Below, one piece after another: positions 9,699 through 20,050 of a DNA stretch of 64,000 nucleotides (positions are counted from its first letter, which is position 1; every line of letters starts with the position of its first letter). The stretch comes from Mycobacteriales bacterium (GTDB lineage: Bacteria; Actinomycetota; Actinomycetes; Mycobacteriales; Mycobacteriaceae): the NCBI GenBank assembly GCA_018376445.1, contig JAHABL010000001.1:278111-342110 (forward strand), in the 5' to 3' direction. A program made the translations under genes and the position numbers. Below the pieces are notes generated by a model, which saw only the letters and a program-made list of their open reading frames with translations, was not told the DNA's origin and searched no databases.

Positions 9699-10862
9699 AT
9701 GACCACCCGCAACCATGCGCAGACCTCGCCGCAGCAGAGTGCACTTCACTCCTCACAGCGCGTCTCACACCTCGCCCCGGAAATCCCGATTGTTCGCCAG
9801 GACACGCCGCGGTCAGCCGCCCACACATTCATCGATCTAGCTAGCAACGACTATCTGGGATTAGCGAGACATCCGCGCGTACAGACCGCCGCACATCAGG
9901 CAATCGACCAGTGGGGTGTCGGAGCAACAGGCTCTCGGGTCGTCGCTGGTACTGTCCCGCCGCACCATTGCTGTGAAGCGAAACTCGCCGGCTTTCTCGG
10001 TTTCCCTGCCGCGCTGCTCTTCTCCTCGGGATACCTTGCAAATCTGGCAGCCATTACTGCGCTCGTCCCGTCGGGAGCCACTCTGATTTGCGACACCCGC
10101 AACCATGCCAGCCTGATCGACGCCTGCCGCCTCACCACAGCTCCCCGCATCATCTGTGATGTGACGAAGCCGCAGGAACTTGCCGCCGCACTCCAGCAGG
10201 CGACCTCCTCAGTCGTTGTCTGCGATGTTGTGGACTCCACCGATGGTAGTGTGCTCGACATCCCCTCGATTTACCACGCCACTCATGCGGCAGGTTCGCT
10301 GCTCATCGCTGATTTCGCACACGGGCTCGGAGTGCTGGGACACGATGGGCGAGGCGCGCTTCCCACGCTGTGGACGAATGGACAGGCGCCAACAGATCTC
10401 GTCATCACCTGCACCCTTTCTAAAGCTCTGGGGAGTCAAGGGGGAGCAGTACTATGCTCGGCGGAGCAACGGCAACATTTGGTCAATACCGCCCGCTCCT
10501 TCATCTTCGATACTGCCCTCGCACCTGCCTGTGCTGCTGCCGCCACCACCGCACTGGAGATTATCGCTAGTGAACCGACACGCGTTGAGAGGCTCCACCA
10601 GCACATGTCAGCGTTAACGAACGCTCTCGATCTCCCTTCGGTCACTGCTGGAGTAGTTGCCATCCCCCTGGGTGATCCCACACGTGCTATCGCCGTTCAC
10701 CGTACGGTGCTCTCCGCTGGAGTAGGGGTGGGGTGCTTCCGTCCGCCAAGTGTGCCGTGGCAACGAAGCGGATTGCGGTTAGGGGGTCGAGCTGACCTCT
10801 CGGCTGAACAGTTGATCCGCGCCATTACCGTGTTGCGAGACGCACTTCAACAGGGGAATTAA
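9699..10862 (+). CDS. bioF: Class II aminotransferase, 8-amino-7-oxononanoate synthase (BioF)-like. Divergent from the ligase gene.
   Basis: NDYLGL, SSGYLANLAAI and TLSKALGSQGG (PLP-lysine region) motifs. Start taken at MTTRNHAQ. Confidence 0.65.
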   Translation: MTTRNHAQTSPQQSALHSSQRVSHLAPEIPIVRQDTPRSAAHTFIDLASNDYLGLARHPRVQTAAHQAIDQWGVGATGSRVVAGTVPPHHCCEAKLAGFLGFPAALLFSSGYLANLAAITALVPSGATLICDTRNHASLIDACRLTTAPRIICDVTKPQELAAALQQATSSVVVCDVVDSTDGSVLDIPSIYHATHAAGSLLIADFAHGLGVLGHDGRGALPTLWTNGQAPTDLVITCTLSKALGSQGGAVLCSAEQRQHLVNTARSFIFDTALAPACAAAATTALEIIASEPTRVERLHQHMSALTNALDLPSVTAGVVAIPLGDPTRAIAVHRTVLSAGVGVGCFRPPSVPWQRSGLRLGGRADLSAEQLIRAITVLRDALQQGN

Positions 10863-11007
10863 TAATTGTTGCCAAAGTTTCCGGAATTTATCTGAGTTAT
10901 TGTTAGCGACGTAGCGTCCAGCCTGCGCAAATGCTGAAGAGCCTAAAGTTGTCCAAAATGCCAACCGTGTCTTGGGAGCGGAATAAATCCGCCTTTAGTA
11001 TGTCGGC

Positions 11008-11529
11008 ATGAGCAATACCGACAATCTTCCTATCGTCTACTTCCTCGGTGCCAACAACGTCGAGAAGAGCGCAATGGCGGAAGCGATCACCAACGCCCGC
11101 CATGGAAACCTCTTCAAGGCCTACTCTGCCGGTACGAACTGTGAACCGGATCTCCCACGGGATGCAGATTGTGTCGCCGCCTGTGCCGAAGCCGGCATTA
11201 CCCTTGACGGCGTCTCCACCCCCGTTGATGAAGAACTTTTCCGCAACGCCAATCTCGTCATCATCGTCTCCCGCAAGATGATGATCGATCCGGTACCTGG
11301 AATGAAAGGCATCATCCTTCGCTGGGGAGTTGATGAACCCGCCGACACCGGCATTTCCGGCCGCGAACGCGCCAACCTGCTGCGCGACTACCTCATTCGG
11401 CGTGTCGACGCCCTTGCCGTCGGAGCCATGACCAGCGATGGTACCCTCCGTTCCGGTTACCGCGGAGAAGATATCCTCGACCAAACCGGTGGGCAGAAGT
11501 CCAGTCGTCGCCTCACCGGCGTGAAGTAA
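11008..11529 (+). CDS. ArsC/low-molecular-weight phosphotyrosine phosphatase-fold protein that lacks the catalytic Cys and Arg. Probably a pseudo-enzyme.
   Basis: IVYFLGANNVEKSAMAEA aligns with the CX5R P-loop VxFxCTGNSCRSQMAEG (C to G, R to K). KAYSAGT and the ADLVIxV-like segment are conserved. The antisense ORF 10903..11538 is rejected. Confidence 0.6.
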   Translation: MSNTDNLPIVYFLGANNVEKSAMAEAITNARHGNLFKAYSAGTNCEPDLPRDADCVAACAEAGITLDGVSTPVDEELFRNANLVIIVSRKMMIDPVPGMKGIILRWGVDEPADTGISGRERANLLRDYLIRRVDALAVGAMTSDGTLRSGYRGEDILDQTGGQKSSRRLTGVK

Positions 11530-11710
11530 CCACATCACTACTACTTTTTAGCTAGCCCCCGTCACTCCCGACGGGGGCTAGCTGCATCTCCTGATCTAGA
11601 CGGATGTCCGTTTTCTGAATGCAAGAAGAAAAATCGCCCACCCAATAGGAAAAACAGTAGAAAATGCACTATTTTTACAGTGAACATATCTTCCTATAGG
11701 AGTCCCACTC

Positions 11711-13105
11711 ATGCCTCGTAATTTCCGGGTTCGACTCGCCAGCGCCACCCTCGCGTGTGCCACCATAGCTGGCAGCCTGGTGATCAATCCCACCCAGGCT
11801 CAGGCTGCTAGCAACGGCATTGCACTTACGCCTCCCATGGGCTGGAACAGCTGGAATGCCTTCCACTGCAACATTACGGAAGGAAAGATCCGCGCTATGG
11901 CCGACGCCATGGTGAAATTGGGTCTCAAAGATGCTGGCTACACCTACATCAACATTGATGATTGCTGGCAAGCCTCCACTCGTGACGCCAACGGCAACCT
12001 CCGAGGGGACCCCAAGCGCTTTCCGTCAGGCATGAAGGCACTGGCCGACTACATCCACTCGAAAGGCCTGAAGGCTGGCATCTACGCCACCCCCGGCACC
12101 CGCACTTGTGCAAACATCTGGGACAAGTATCCAGGAAAACTTGGCTCGCTGGGGCACGAACAGCAGGATGCTAACATCTTCGCCAAGTGGGGCTATGACT
12201 TCCTGAAGTACGACTGGTGCAACGCTGACGAAGATGGTCAGGAACAGCAAGCCGCATACACCAAGATGGCTCGTGCTCTGAAGAAGACCGGTCGTCCCAT
12301 CGTGTACTCCATCCACAGTGAGCCCGAGCTTCCGGTGCTCGCTTGGGAACCCACCGTCGCTAACATGTGGCGCACTACTCCTGACATCCAGGACAACTGG
12401 ACCTCCATGATCGGTACCGGTCTCATCAACCTCTTCGGGCAGCGCTACCAGCGCCCCGGCGCCTGGAATGATGCGGACATGTTGGAGGTTGGCAACGGTG
12501 GGATGACCTACCGCGAATATCGCACCCACATGACCCTTTGGTCCATCATGGGTTCCCCCCTCATGATCGGCACTGATCTGCGTAAAATTCACGCGTCGAA
12601 TCTGGAGCTGCTCAACAATCCTTACACGATCGCCATCAATCAGGACCCGCTGGGTGCCGCCGCGCAGACTGTCTACTTCAACGGGAAGTCCCTCATTGTG
12701 GTGCGCCGTCTGACCTACGGTCGTGTCGCCGTTGCCATCTTCAACCTCTTTGGGCAAGTACAGCAGAATTCCCTGTGGTTCAGCACCCTCACCCAGCACG
12801 GTCTGAAGCAATCCAGCAACTACCTCGTGACAGACGTGTGGGGCGAATACAACCGCCTCGGAAAACGGTATGTGGAAGGCCGCCTGGAAAAGCACGACTC
12901 CATCTTCTACATTGTCACGCCGATCACGGCTCGCCAAGCGGATGCTTTCAAGCGCTCCGAAGCAGCACGCAAAGCGTACGAAAAGGCAGAAGCCAAGCGT
13001 GTCCGTGAAGAAAAGGCTCAGGCTTACTCTGAAAAGGTAAAGGCGCAGAAGGAAGCCTCAACGCCAGCTAAAGACAAGAGCCCGCTCGACAAACTCTTTG
13101 GCTAA
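11711..13105 (+). CDS. Secreted GH27 alpha-galactosidase (melibiase) with a Lys/Glu/Ala-rich C-terminal tail of about 55 aa.
   Basis: Signal peptide (ATIAGSLVINPTQAQA). GH27 motifs PPMGWNSWNAF and YTYINIDDCW. RBS aggagt before the ATG. Confidence 0.85.
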   Translation: MPRNFRVRLASATLACATIAGSLVINPTQAQAASNGIALTPPMGWNSWNAFHCNITEGKIRAMADAMVKLGLKDAGYTYINIDDCWQASTRDANGNLRGDPKRFPSGMKALADYIHSKGLKAGIYATPGTRTCANIWDKYPGKLGSLGHEQQDANIFAKWGYDFLKYDWCNADEDGQEQQAAYTKMARALKKTGRPIVYSIHSEPELPVLAWEPTVANMWRTTPDIQDNWTSMIGTGLINLFGQRYQRPGAWNDADMLEVGNGGMTYREYRTHMTLWSIMGSPLMIGTDLRKIHASNLELLNNPYTIAINQDPLGAAAQTVYFNGKSLIVVRRLTYGRVAVAIFNLFGQVQQNSLWFSTLTQHGLKQSSNYLVTDVWGEYNRLGKRYVEGRLEKHDSIFYIVTPITARQADAFKRSEAARKAYEKAEAKRVREEKAQAYSEKVKAQKEASTPAKDKSPLDKLFG

Positions 13106-13247
13106 CGCCAACACGCACGCACTCCGTCGAGCTTTCCTCACCACCCTGTTGACGGTGTGGCTGCGGGCTTCGCTGACCGGCAGCCCCACCTGCGGGACGT
13201 TACCGAGAGGCTAACACCTGCGGTACTACACCCGGTATCCTGGCCGT

Positions 13248-14375
13248 ATGACCCCTGAAATTTCCGCAGACATTGAGGATCTGGAAACCCGGCTCGCCTC
13301 TATCGAAAAAGTACTCGACCCGGAAGACCTCCAGCGTCGAGTCGACGAACTGGAGCAGAAAGCCGCCGACCCTGATCTGTGGAATGACCAGGAGTATGCA
13401 CAGCATGTCACTAGCCAACTCTCCCAAGTACAAGCACAGCTGCGGAAGGTGACAGCGCTCCGCGATCGCCTTAACGACCTCCCCATCATGTACGAACTGG
13501 CGGAGGAAGAAGAGAACTCCAGTGCTCAGCAGGATGCCATCTCACTCGCCGACGACGAGCGCGCCGGACTGCGTGGTGACATCGAATCGGCGGAGGTGAC
13601 TACTCTACTCTCCGGAGAATTGGACGAGCGTGACGCAGTCGTCAATATTCGTTCAGGTGCCGGTGGCGTGGATGCGGCAGATTTCGCGGAGATGCTGCTG
13701 CGTATGTACATTCGCTGGGCGGAGAAACGCGGTGCAAAGGTGGATTTGTACGACACGTCCTACGCGGAAGAGGCAGGAATTAAGTCCGCTACTTTCGTCG
13801 TACATGAACCCTATGCCTATGGCACACTCTCGGTGGAACAGGGCACCCATCGCCTTGTGCGACTGAGTCCCTTCGATAATGCACACCGGCGCCAAACCTC
13901 GTTCGCGGAGGTAGAGGTACTCCCGGTAGTCGAGCAGACCGATCATATTGATGTGCCAGATTCTGACATCCGAGTGGACGTGTATCGGTCATCTGGGCCT
14001 GGCGGCCAGTCGGTGAACACTACAGACTCGGCAGTGCGTATCACCCACCTCCCCACCGGCATCGTCGTCACCTGTCAGAACGAGAAGTCGCAGCTGCAGA
14101 ATAAAGTGGCTGCTATGGCTGTGTTACAGTCCCGACTGCTCGAGAAGAAGCGCCAAGAAGAAAAGGATGCGCTGCGTGAACTGGGGGCTGGTGGCAACGC
14201 CAGCTGGGGAAATCAGATGCGCTCCTACGTGTTGCACCCCTACCAGATGGTCAAAGATCTGCGCACGAGCTACGAGGTCAATAACCCGCAGGCGGTATTG
14301 GATGGGGATCTCGATGGTTTCTTGGAGGCAGGAATCCGGTGGCGTGCTAATGGTGGGGCGGATGCAGAGAACTAA
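13248..14375 (+). CDS. prfB: Peptide chain release factor 2.
   Basis: SPF and GGQ motifs ([15 protein letters not shown]; [26 protein letters not shown]). The ORF is continuous with no programmed frameshift. Confidence 0.9.
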   Translation: MTPEISADIEDLETRLASIEKVLDPEDLQRRVDELEQKAADPDLWNDQEYAQHVTSQLSQVQAQLRKVTALRDRLNDLPIMYELAEEEENSSAQQDAISLADDERAGLRGDIESAEVTTLLSGELDERDAVVNIRSGAGGVDAADFAEMLLRMYIRWAEKRGAKVDLYDTSYAEEAGIKSATFVVHEPYAYGTLSVEQGTHRLVRLSPFDNAHRRQTSFAEVEVLPVVEQTDHIDVPDSDIRVDVYRSSGPGGQSVNTTDSAVRITHLPTGIVVTCQNEKSQLQNKVAAMAVLQSRLLEKKRQEEKDALRELGAGGNASWGNQMRSYVLHPYQMVKDLRTSYEVNNPQAVLDGDLDGFLEAGIRWRANGGADAEN

Positions 14376-14532
14376 CTGTGCGGAACTAGCCCACTCGCAG
14401 GCGACTCTGCCGTGTGCCCGTTAAGCTGGATGTAGCTACTTTTTCACCAACCCGCGTTGGTACCTCCTGGGGGCAGCAGACCTGCCTCCACCGGATTGTT
14501 GCAGCGGCCCGCTGCCGGCCCCAAGGTGGTGC

Positions 14533-15468
14533 ATGAACGCAGGAAGGATCGGCATGTCTAACCCTACGTGGGCGTCAATACTGTCCTGGCTCGGTACACA
14601 AGGGATACAGATTCTCCTTATCGTCATCGGGTCCATTCTCTTAGCTCGGCTGGCAGGGTTTGTCAGCCGACGTGTCACGCGAAGCATCGCGCAAGGCGAA
14701 GAAAACCGTGACAGCCTGGTGCAATCTGAAACCGCTAAGCATCGCTATGCGGTAGCGCAGGTCATCACCTATGTGGTGGTGGCACTCATTGTGGTAGTCG
14801 CAGCAGTAGGCGTCGTGGATCGCTTGGGTATCTCTCTCACCACTTTGGTGGCACCTGCCACCGTCCTCGGCGCTGCTCTCGGTTTTGGTGCACAGCGTGT
14901 GGTGCAAGATTTCCTCGCAGGATTCTTTGTGGTGACGGAACGCCACTACGGATACGGCGACGTGGTCACCATCTGGGTGACGGGCTGTAGCGAGCCGGCG
15001 AAGGGAACCGTGGAGGACGTCACCTTGCGTATCACCCGGGTTCGGACCGCTGACGGTGAAGTGGTGACGGTACCTAATGGTCAGATCGTCAAGACCATCA
15101 ACCGCTCGAAGGACTGGGCCCGCGCGGTGGTGGATGTGCCCGTCCGAAACCAGGACATTGGTCCAGCTACCCACCGTCTGCATGAGCTATGTGACGACAT
15201 TATTAATGACCAGCAATTCCGTGACCTGCTACTCGACAAACCCACCGTGATTGGCGTGGAGGAGATCGGCGCGGAGGAAACAGTGCTGCGTATTGTTGCC
15301 CGCTCGCTGCCCGGAAAGCAGTTTGAGGTGTCTCGTGAACTACGTGTGCGTGTTGCGCATAGTCTGGCAGGCCTCGGAGTGGATTCTGACAAGGTACAGG
15401 CAGTAGGCACCAATGGGGAATTGTCCGAAAGTGTGCAGCGGAGCGAACGAAAGGGGGAGGACGCATGA
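14533..15468 (+). CDS. Small-conductance mechanosensitive channel (MscS family).
   Basis: Three N-terminal transmembrane segments followed by the MscS beta-domain (ITRVRTADGEVVTVPNGQI). Confidence 0.8.
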   Translation: MNAGRIGMSNPTWASILSWLGTQGIQILLIVIGSILLARLAGFVSRRVTRSIAQGEENRDSLVQSETAKHRYAVAQVITYVVVALIVVVAAVGVVDRLGISLTTLVAPATVLGAALGFGAQRVVQDFLAGFFVVTERHYGYGDVVTIWVTGCSEPAKGTVEDVTLRITRVRTADGEVVTVPNGQIVKTINRSKDWARAVVDVPVRNQDIGPATHRLHELCDDIINDQQFRDLLLDKPTVIGVEEIGAEETVLRIVARSLPGKQFEVSRELRVRVAHSLAGLGVDSDKVQAVGTNGELSESVQRSERKGEDA

Positions 15469-16001
15469 CGGAGCGTAACCAGCAGAACGTGAGTGGCGCC
15501 CATGAAGTCGTCACCGCCGACAACACCGGGGAACAGACACCAGTGGAAAAGGACGAGGGCCACGAGGAGCACAGCTTCGGCCTCCACTGGGGGGAGCAGC
15601 GGGAGCGGGAGCACCGCAGCAAAGTAACCTCCACAATCGTGCTCGCGGTACTGTTTGTCGCTCTCCTCGGTACTTACCTGTACCTGCACGGTTCTACTCG
15701 CTTTGAGCTCTTCCAACCGACCCCGACGAGCAGCACTGTGCAGCCAATCCCCATCATCCCGTGGGAGGAATACCAAAAGCAGATGCAACAGGAACAGCCG
15801 AGCTCGCAGACGACGCCCCCTACGAGTTCGGAAAGCTCTTCATCGCCCTCCGACGAGCTGACAACGGAGCCTGCCCCAGGGGAAGAGCCGGGGAGTGACA
15901 GTGAGACCACCCGCCGGCCCCTCCTACCGCCGTTCAATGATTCTGGCTCGACTCAACCTTCGGATTCTCACCCAGCGCCCGAGTCTGCCCCAGCACAGTA
16001 G
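15465..16001 (+). CDS. Hypothetical membrane-anchored Ser/Thr/Pro-rich protein. Its start overlaps the mscS stop (ATGA).
   Basis: One transmembrane helix followed by a low-complexity tail. No homology recognised. Confidence 0.45.
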   Translation: MTERNQQNVSGAHEVVTADNTGEQTPVEKDEGHEEHSFGLHWGEQREREHRSKVTSTIVLAVLFVALLGTYLYLHGSTRFELFQPTPTSSTVQPIPIIPWEEYQKQMQQEQPSSQTTPPTSSESSSSPSDELTTEPAPGEEPGSDSETTRRPLLPPFNDSGSTQPSDSHPAPESAPAQ

Positions 16002-16061
16002 AGTGAGTTTCCATCCCGTCTCCGTGCGTCCTGTGGCAACAGCCCCTGCGAACCTTTTAGA

Positions 16062-16760
16062 GTGATAACCGTGATGATCGACGTTCAGAATGTCTCAGTC
16101 GAATACCGAGGCGCTACCCGCCCGGCACTCGACAATGTCAGTTTCCAGGTAGCTAAAGGTGAGTTCGCCTTTATTATTGGCCCTTCTGGTTCGGGCAAGT
16201 CCACGGTGTTGTCAACACTGTTGGCAGACCAGAAGATCCGCTCCGGCACCATTACGGTGGCAGGACAGCGTGTCGATAAACTACGCGGCGGTGCGATTTC
16301 ACGCTACCGTCGGAATATCGGCTGCGTCTTCCAGGACTATCGCTTGTTAGAACGCATGACGGTGGAGGAGAACGTGGCTTTCGCTCTGCGTGTCATCGGC
16401 AAGCGTGACCGCTTCATCAAAGAAGCTGTCCCCGAGGCACTCGATATGGTTGGTTTGGCCGGTAAGGGGCGGCGTTTCCCCAACGAGCTCTCCGGTGGTG
16501 AGCAGCAGCGCGTGGCGATTGCCCGGGCCTTCGTCAACCACCCGCTGGTACTGCTGGCCGACGAGCCGACGGGTAACTTGGACCGCTCAATCAGCGACGA
16601 AATCGTCACCCTGCTGCAAAAGATCAACCGCATAGGTACCACCATCCTCATGGCCACCCACGACGACCGCATTGTGGATGATCTTCGCCAGCATGTCGTC
16701 GAAATGCGCCATGGCAAAGTTATCCGCGACGAAATGTCCGGCGTCTACGGGCGTATCTAA
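16062..16760 (+). CDS. ftsE: Cell division ATP-binding protein FtsE.
   Basis: Walker A (GPSGSGKST), ABC signature (LSGGEQQRVAIARA) and Walker B (LLADEPTGNLD). Confidence 0.9.
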   Translation: MITVMIDVQNVSVEYRGATRPALDNVSFQVAKGEFAFIIGPSGSGKSTVLSTLLADQKIRSGTITVAGQRVDKLRGGAISRYRRNIGCVFQDYRLLERMTVEENVAFALRVIGKRDRFIKEAVPEALDMVGLAGKGRRFPNELSGGEQQRVAIARAFVNHPLVLLADEPTGNLDRSISDEIVTLLQKINRIGTTILMATHDDRIVDDLRQHVVEMRHGKVIRDEMSGVYGRI

Positions 16761-16772
16761 GGAAGGCCAGCT

Positions 16773-17720
16773 ATGAACGTGAAATTCCTGTTCGGTGAGG
16801 CCTTCCGTGGACTCCGCCGCAACCTCGCCATCACCTTCGCTATGATCGTCACCGCCTCCATTTCCCTTGTCATGCTGGGTGTGGGCATTCTCATTGCCGG
16901 CATGGCCGACAACTCAAAGCAGGAGTGGGTAGACCGTACCGAGATCTCGATCTTTGTCGAACCCAGTGTGGCAGTGAAAGACCCCGACTGTGACAAGAAG
17001 GGATGTGGGGACCTCCGGAAAGCCCTGCTCAACACGGAAGGTGTGAAGTCTGTTCGTTACCGCGACCAGCACCAGTCTCTGGAGGTTGGTAAGAAGACAG
17101 CGCGTGCAGACACAGCAGAGATCTTCGACCGTGCCGATGCGCGTGCCATGCCTGGCACGTTGCTGGTGAAACTGAATGGTGAACATACCGACTCCACCCC
17201 TGTAGAGGCCACTGTTTCCCGCTTCCCGAAGGTTGCACAGCCGGCTGTACAAGCCCGCAATGGACAGCCTGCCATCTATATTTCGGACTCACGAGAGCTC
17301 ATTAACCGCCTCTTCAGCTTCCTTGACCTCACTCGCAATGCTGCCTACGTCCTGGCCGCATTCCTCGGGCTGGGTGCCCTAGCGCTTATTGCCAATATGG
17401 TGCAGATGGCTGCCTTTACCCGCCGGAAGACCACCCAGATTATGCGGCTGGTTGGAGCTAGCCGCACCACCGTCACCGCTCCTTTCACTCTGGAAGTGGT
17501 GTTGAGTTCCTTCATTGGTGCCCTGGTGGCGATTGCTGGCCTGTTCGCCGTCCACGCGTGGATTCTGACCCCGTTGTTGAAGAATGTGTGGGAAGGCCGT
17601 GCCATCGCCCAGATCACTGTGGCTGATGTTGGGTTGGTGTCGCCTATTCTTATTCTCGTTGCTATTGTTGGTTCCGCGCTGGCATCTGTGCTGGTGCTGC
17701 CCTTGTATGTTCGTCGATAG
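16773..17720 (+). CDS. ftsX: Cell division permease FtsX.
   Basis: Position after ftsE. Four-transmembrane FtsX topology with a periplasmic loop. Confidence 0.85.
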   Translation: MNVKFLFGEAFRGLRRNLAITFAMIVTASISLVMLGVGILIAGMADNSKQEWVDRTEISIFVEPSVAVKDPDCDKKGCGDLRKALLNTEGVKSVRYRDQHQSLEVGKKTARADTAEIFDRADARAMPGTLLVKLNGEHTDSTPVEATVSRFPKVAQPAVQARNGQPAIYISDSRELINRLFSFLDLTRNAAYVLAAFLGLGALALIANMVQMAAFTRRKTTQIMRLVGASRTTVTAPFTLEVVLSSFIGALVAIAGLFAVHAWILTPLLKNVWEGRAIAQITVADVGLVSPILILVAIVGSALASVLVLPLYVRR

Positions 17721-17733
17721 GTGGTGTAGCTAG

Positions 17734-18258
17734 GTGGGCGCGAAGTCCAAGAAAGCTCAGCAGAAAAAAGCAGCTGAGATGGCAAAGAATGGTGGCAATT
17801 TCACTGTTGCCACCAACCGGGCTGCCCGCCACAACTACACCATTCTGGATACCTACGAGGTGGGCATCATGCTCGTCGGTACCGAAGTGAAGAGTCTTCG
17901 GGAAGGGAAAGCATCGCTGGTCGACGCGTGGGCGTCCATTGAGGACGGTGAACTGTGGCTGCGAGGCTTGCACATTCCTGAGTATTCGTATGGGACGTGG
18001 ACTAACCATGCTCCGCGGCGTACCCGTAAACTGCTTGCCCACCGGCGTGAAATTGACTACTTGCAGGGTAAAGTCCGGGACGGACACCTTACCCTGGTGC
18101 CGTTAAAAATGTATTTCAAAGATGGTCTCTGCAAGATTGAGTTGGGATTAGCCGCCGGCAAGCAAGCCCATGACAAGCGTCAGGATATGGCCCGCCGCCA
18201 GGCGGAACGCGATGTTATTCGAGAGTTGGGTCGTCGCGTGAAAGGTATGCGCGGCTAG
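17734..18258 (+). CDS. smpB: SsrA-binding protein SmpB.
   Basis: NRAARHNYTILDTYEVGIMLVGTEVKSLR motif. The tmRNA lies downstream. Confidence 0.9.
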   Translation: MGAKSKKAQQKKAAEMAKNGGNFTVATNRAARHNYTILDTYEVGIMLVGTEVKSLREGKASLVDAWASIEDGELWLRGLHIPEYSYGTWTNHAPRRTRKLLAHRREIDYLQGKVRDGHLTLVPLKMYFKDGLCKIELGLAAGKQAHDKRQDMARRQAERDVIRELGRRVKGMRG

Positions 18259-18298
18259 CTAGGGCTATCACGCTCTCGCTCTGCTGTGCCCTAGGGGA

Positions 18299-18332
18299 AG
18301 CTGACGGGCGTCGGAGGTGAGGCTCGTCAGCT
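18299..18332. terminator. Hairpin downstream of smpB, bidirectional with the convergent gene.
   Basis: AGCTGACGGGCG..CGTCAGCT inverted repeat. Confidence 0.5.
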
Positions 18333-18340
18333 CCTCCTAG

Positions 18341-19810
18341 CTACTGCGGGGCAATACGTAGCATGCGGGTAGCAGTGGCTTGCCACATCACCCCATCGGG
18401 CGTAATCATGCCGGTAAGCTGCATGGGTTCATCAAATGGTAGCCACCCCACCGGAGTACGTGACGTTTCCTTGCCGGTGCGAGCATCCACCGAAACCACC
18501 CACACTCGTGACGAGTCCTGATCAGTCGTCAGCGACCAGATTCGGAAATCTTTCAGCGTCAGCATGGGTAAAGTGCTGATGCGATGCATATTCTCCCACC
18601 GGCGCACGCAACGATCATTCACCAGATCGATGCGGGTGAGTCCACCAAGGAAGGTAGCTTTTTCCGGGAACTGGGGGCCTTCTACCGCCAGCTTGGGGTA
18701 AGTGAAGCCATAGGTGGATGGAATCCAGAGGCTATTCCCATGGGCCATGATTGAATTCTCGGTGCCTTGGTTTGGAGCCCGGAACGCCGGCATCTTGCAG
18801 ATAGTACGGCCAGTTTCTGCATCAAAGACAAGCAGATGTGGTGTGAAATCTGCACTGTCAACAATGGCCACACGGGAATGATGAGGGCCGAAGAACGTGG
18901 GAGTTGTGCCGGATCCCCAGGAGAGCTGTCCCGCCTTGCGTGCTCTGCCACGGTCGTAGGCGCGGGCCCACTTGACCTTAGGAACAGGGCCACTGATTTC
19001 CCACAGTTTGTGCGTGGTGAGGACAGACACCCCGTTGGGTCGTGGGGTGAGGCCATTGGCTACGCGCTCTCCTTTCCCCAACTGTAGTGTGCGGACTTTA
19101 CCAGTGGGGGTGATGCTTCCCACCAGCGCAGTGGAGGTGGAGAACCAGGTATTTCCGGCCCCATCTGGTATCACCCCGGCAATGCTCACCGTTTCGGGCA
19201 GACCGGGAATGGTGGTGGACTCAGCAACGTAGAACTCCCAATGGCGGTTGGTGGAAGGTCGTCCGACTGCTCGGAAGGCAATTTTGAGTAGTTTGTTTCC
19301 TTCCGTCATCACCACGCGGTCCTGTTCATCGAGGTAGCCGTAAACGCCACCCAGTAGGCCGTTCTTATGGAGTTCCCACGTGGCGAGTGGCTGGGCAGTG
19401 CGTGGGTCCATAAGGACCACAGTAGGGGCGATAGGGGTGATGCCATGTTGCAAGCCCACATACTTGGTGCAGAGGGCAATTGTCATCTTCGTGGATGTCT
19501 GGAAAGCGGTGGAGCAAGCGCCAAAAGGTATAGAGAAGGTGACGGAAGGGTTGTTGCCTGGGCCCGCCCAGGGGAGAGTGTCGCTGGAGTTCATGTCGCG
19601 ATGCATGAGGCGGACATTCGTAGGGGAGAAGGCAGGGGTGAGTGATGAAGTCGTGGAGGGTGACAGAGTAGTGAGGGACGGGGTAGTGGAAGGTAGGTTA
19701 CCCGCGGGCGATGGTGTCGCATTCGCGGGAAAGGACAAGCCGGCAACGAGCGCAACTGCACTTAGGAGGGTGGTTGCCTGGCCTGCTTCAAAAAGATGAC
19801 GGTTGCTCAT
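18341..19810 (-). CDS. Secreted hypothetical protein with a signal peptide and an S/T/P-rich linker. It is inserted between smpB and ssrA.
   Basis: 489-aa ORF. Signal peptide MSNRHLFEAGQATTLLSAVALVAGLSFPA. No recognised domain. Confidence 0.6.
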   Translation of the reverse strand: MSNRHLFEAGQATTLLSAVALVAGLSFPANATPSPAGNLPSTTPSLTTLSPSTTSSLTPAFSPTNVRLMHRDMNSSDTLPWAGPGNNPSVTFSIPFGACSTAFQTSTKMTIALCTKYVGLQHGITPIAPTVVLMDPRTAQPLATWELHKNGLLGGVYGYLDEQDRVVMTEGNKLLKIAFRAVGRPSTNRHWEFYVAESTTIPGLPETVSIAGVIPDGAGNTWFSTSTALVGSITPTGKVRTLQLGKGERVANGLTPRPNGVSVLTTHKLWEISGPVPKVKWARAYDRGRARKAGQLSWGSGTTPTFFGPHHSRVAIVDSADFTPHLLVFDAETGRTICKMPAFRAPNQGTENSIMAHGNSLWIPSTYGFTYPKLAVEGPQFPEKATFLGGLTRIDLVNDRCVRRWENMHRISTLPMLTLKDFRIWSLTTDQDSSRVWVVSVDARTGKETSRTPVGWLPFDEPMQLTGMITPDGVMWQATATRMLRIAPQ

Positions 19811-20050
19811 ACGTGCAGTGTAAAGAGGGGAAACGGGTTTCCAACTGAATATCGTCAGTTATCTACTTCACACTTTTATCGTGTCGGAGTGAGTGAATGT
19901 GTGGGGAGTTGATACTGCGGCGGGTTCAATTTGTTCGACCGTCCATCCTCGATACAGTGGTGAATCCTAGAACAGTCTGTTGAGTGTGATCATGTTTTGG
20001 CGTATCCTGGGGTGTCACCTGGTTTCAGGTGATAGCTTTTTGGTTTTCAA

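Noticed and set aside
10903-11538. 211-aa minus-strand ORF overlapping the ArsC-like gene.
   Set aside because: The plus-strand frame shows clear ArsC/LMW-PTP fold homology. The minus-strand product is Gly/Ala-rich without motifs.
13248-14375. Checked prfB for the programmed +1 frameshift.
   Set aside because: The ORF is continuous from MTPEIS to the C-terminus. No CUU UGA C-type recoding site is present. Non-frameshifting prfB is common in Actinobacteria.
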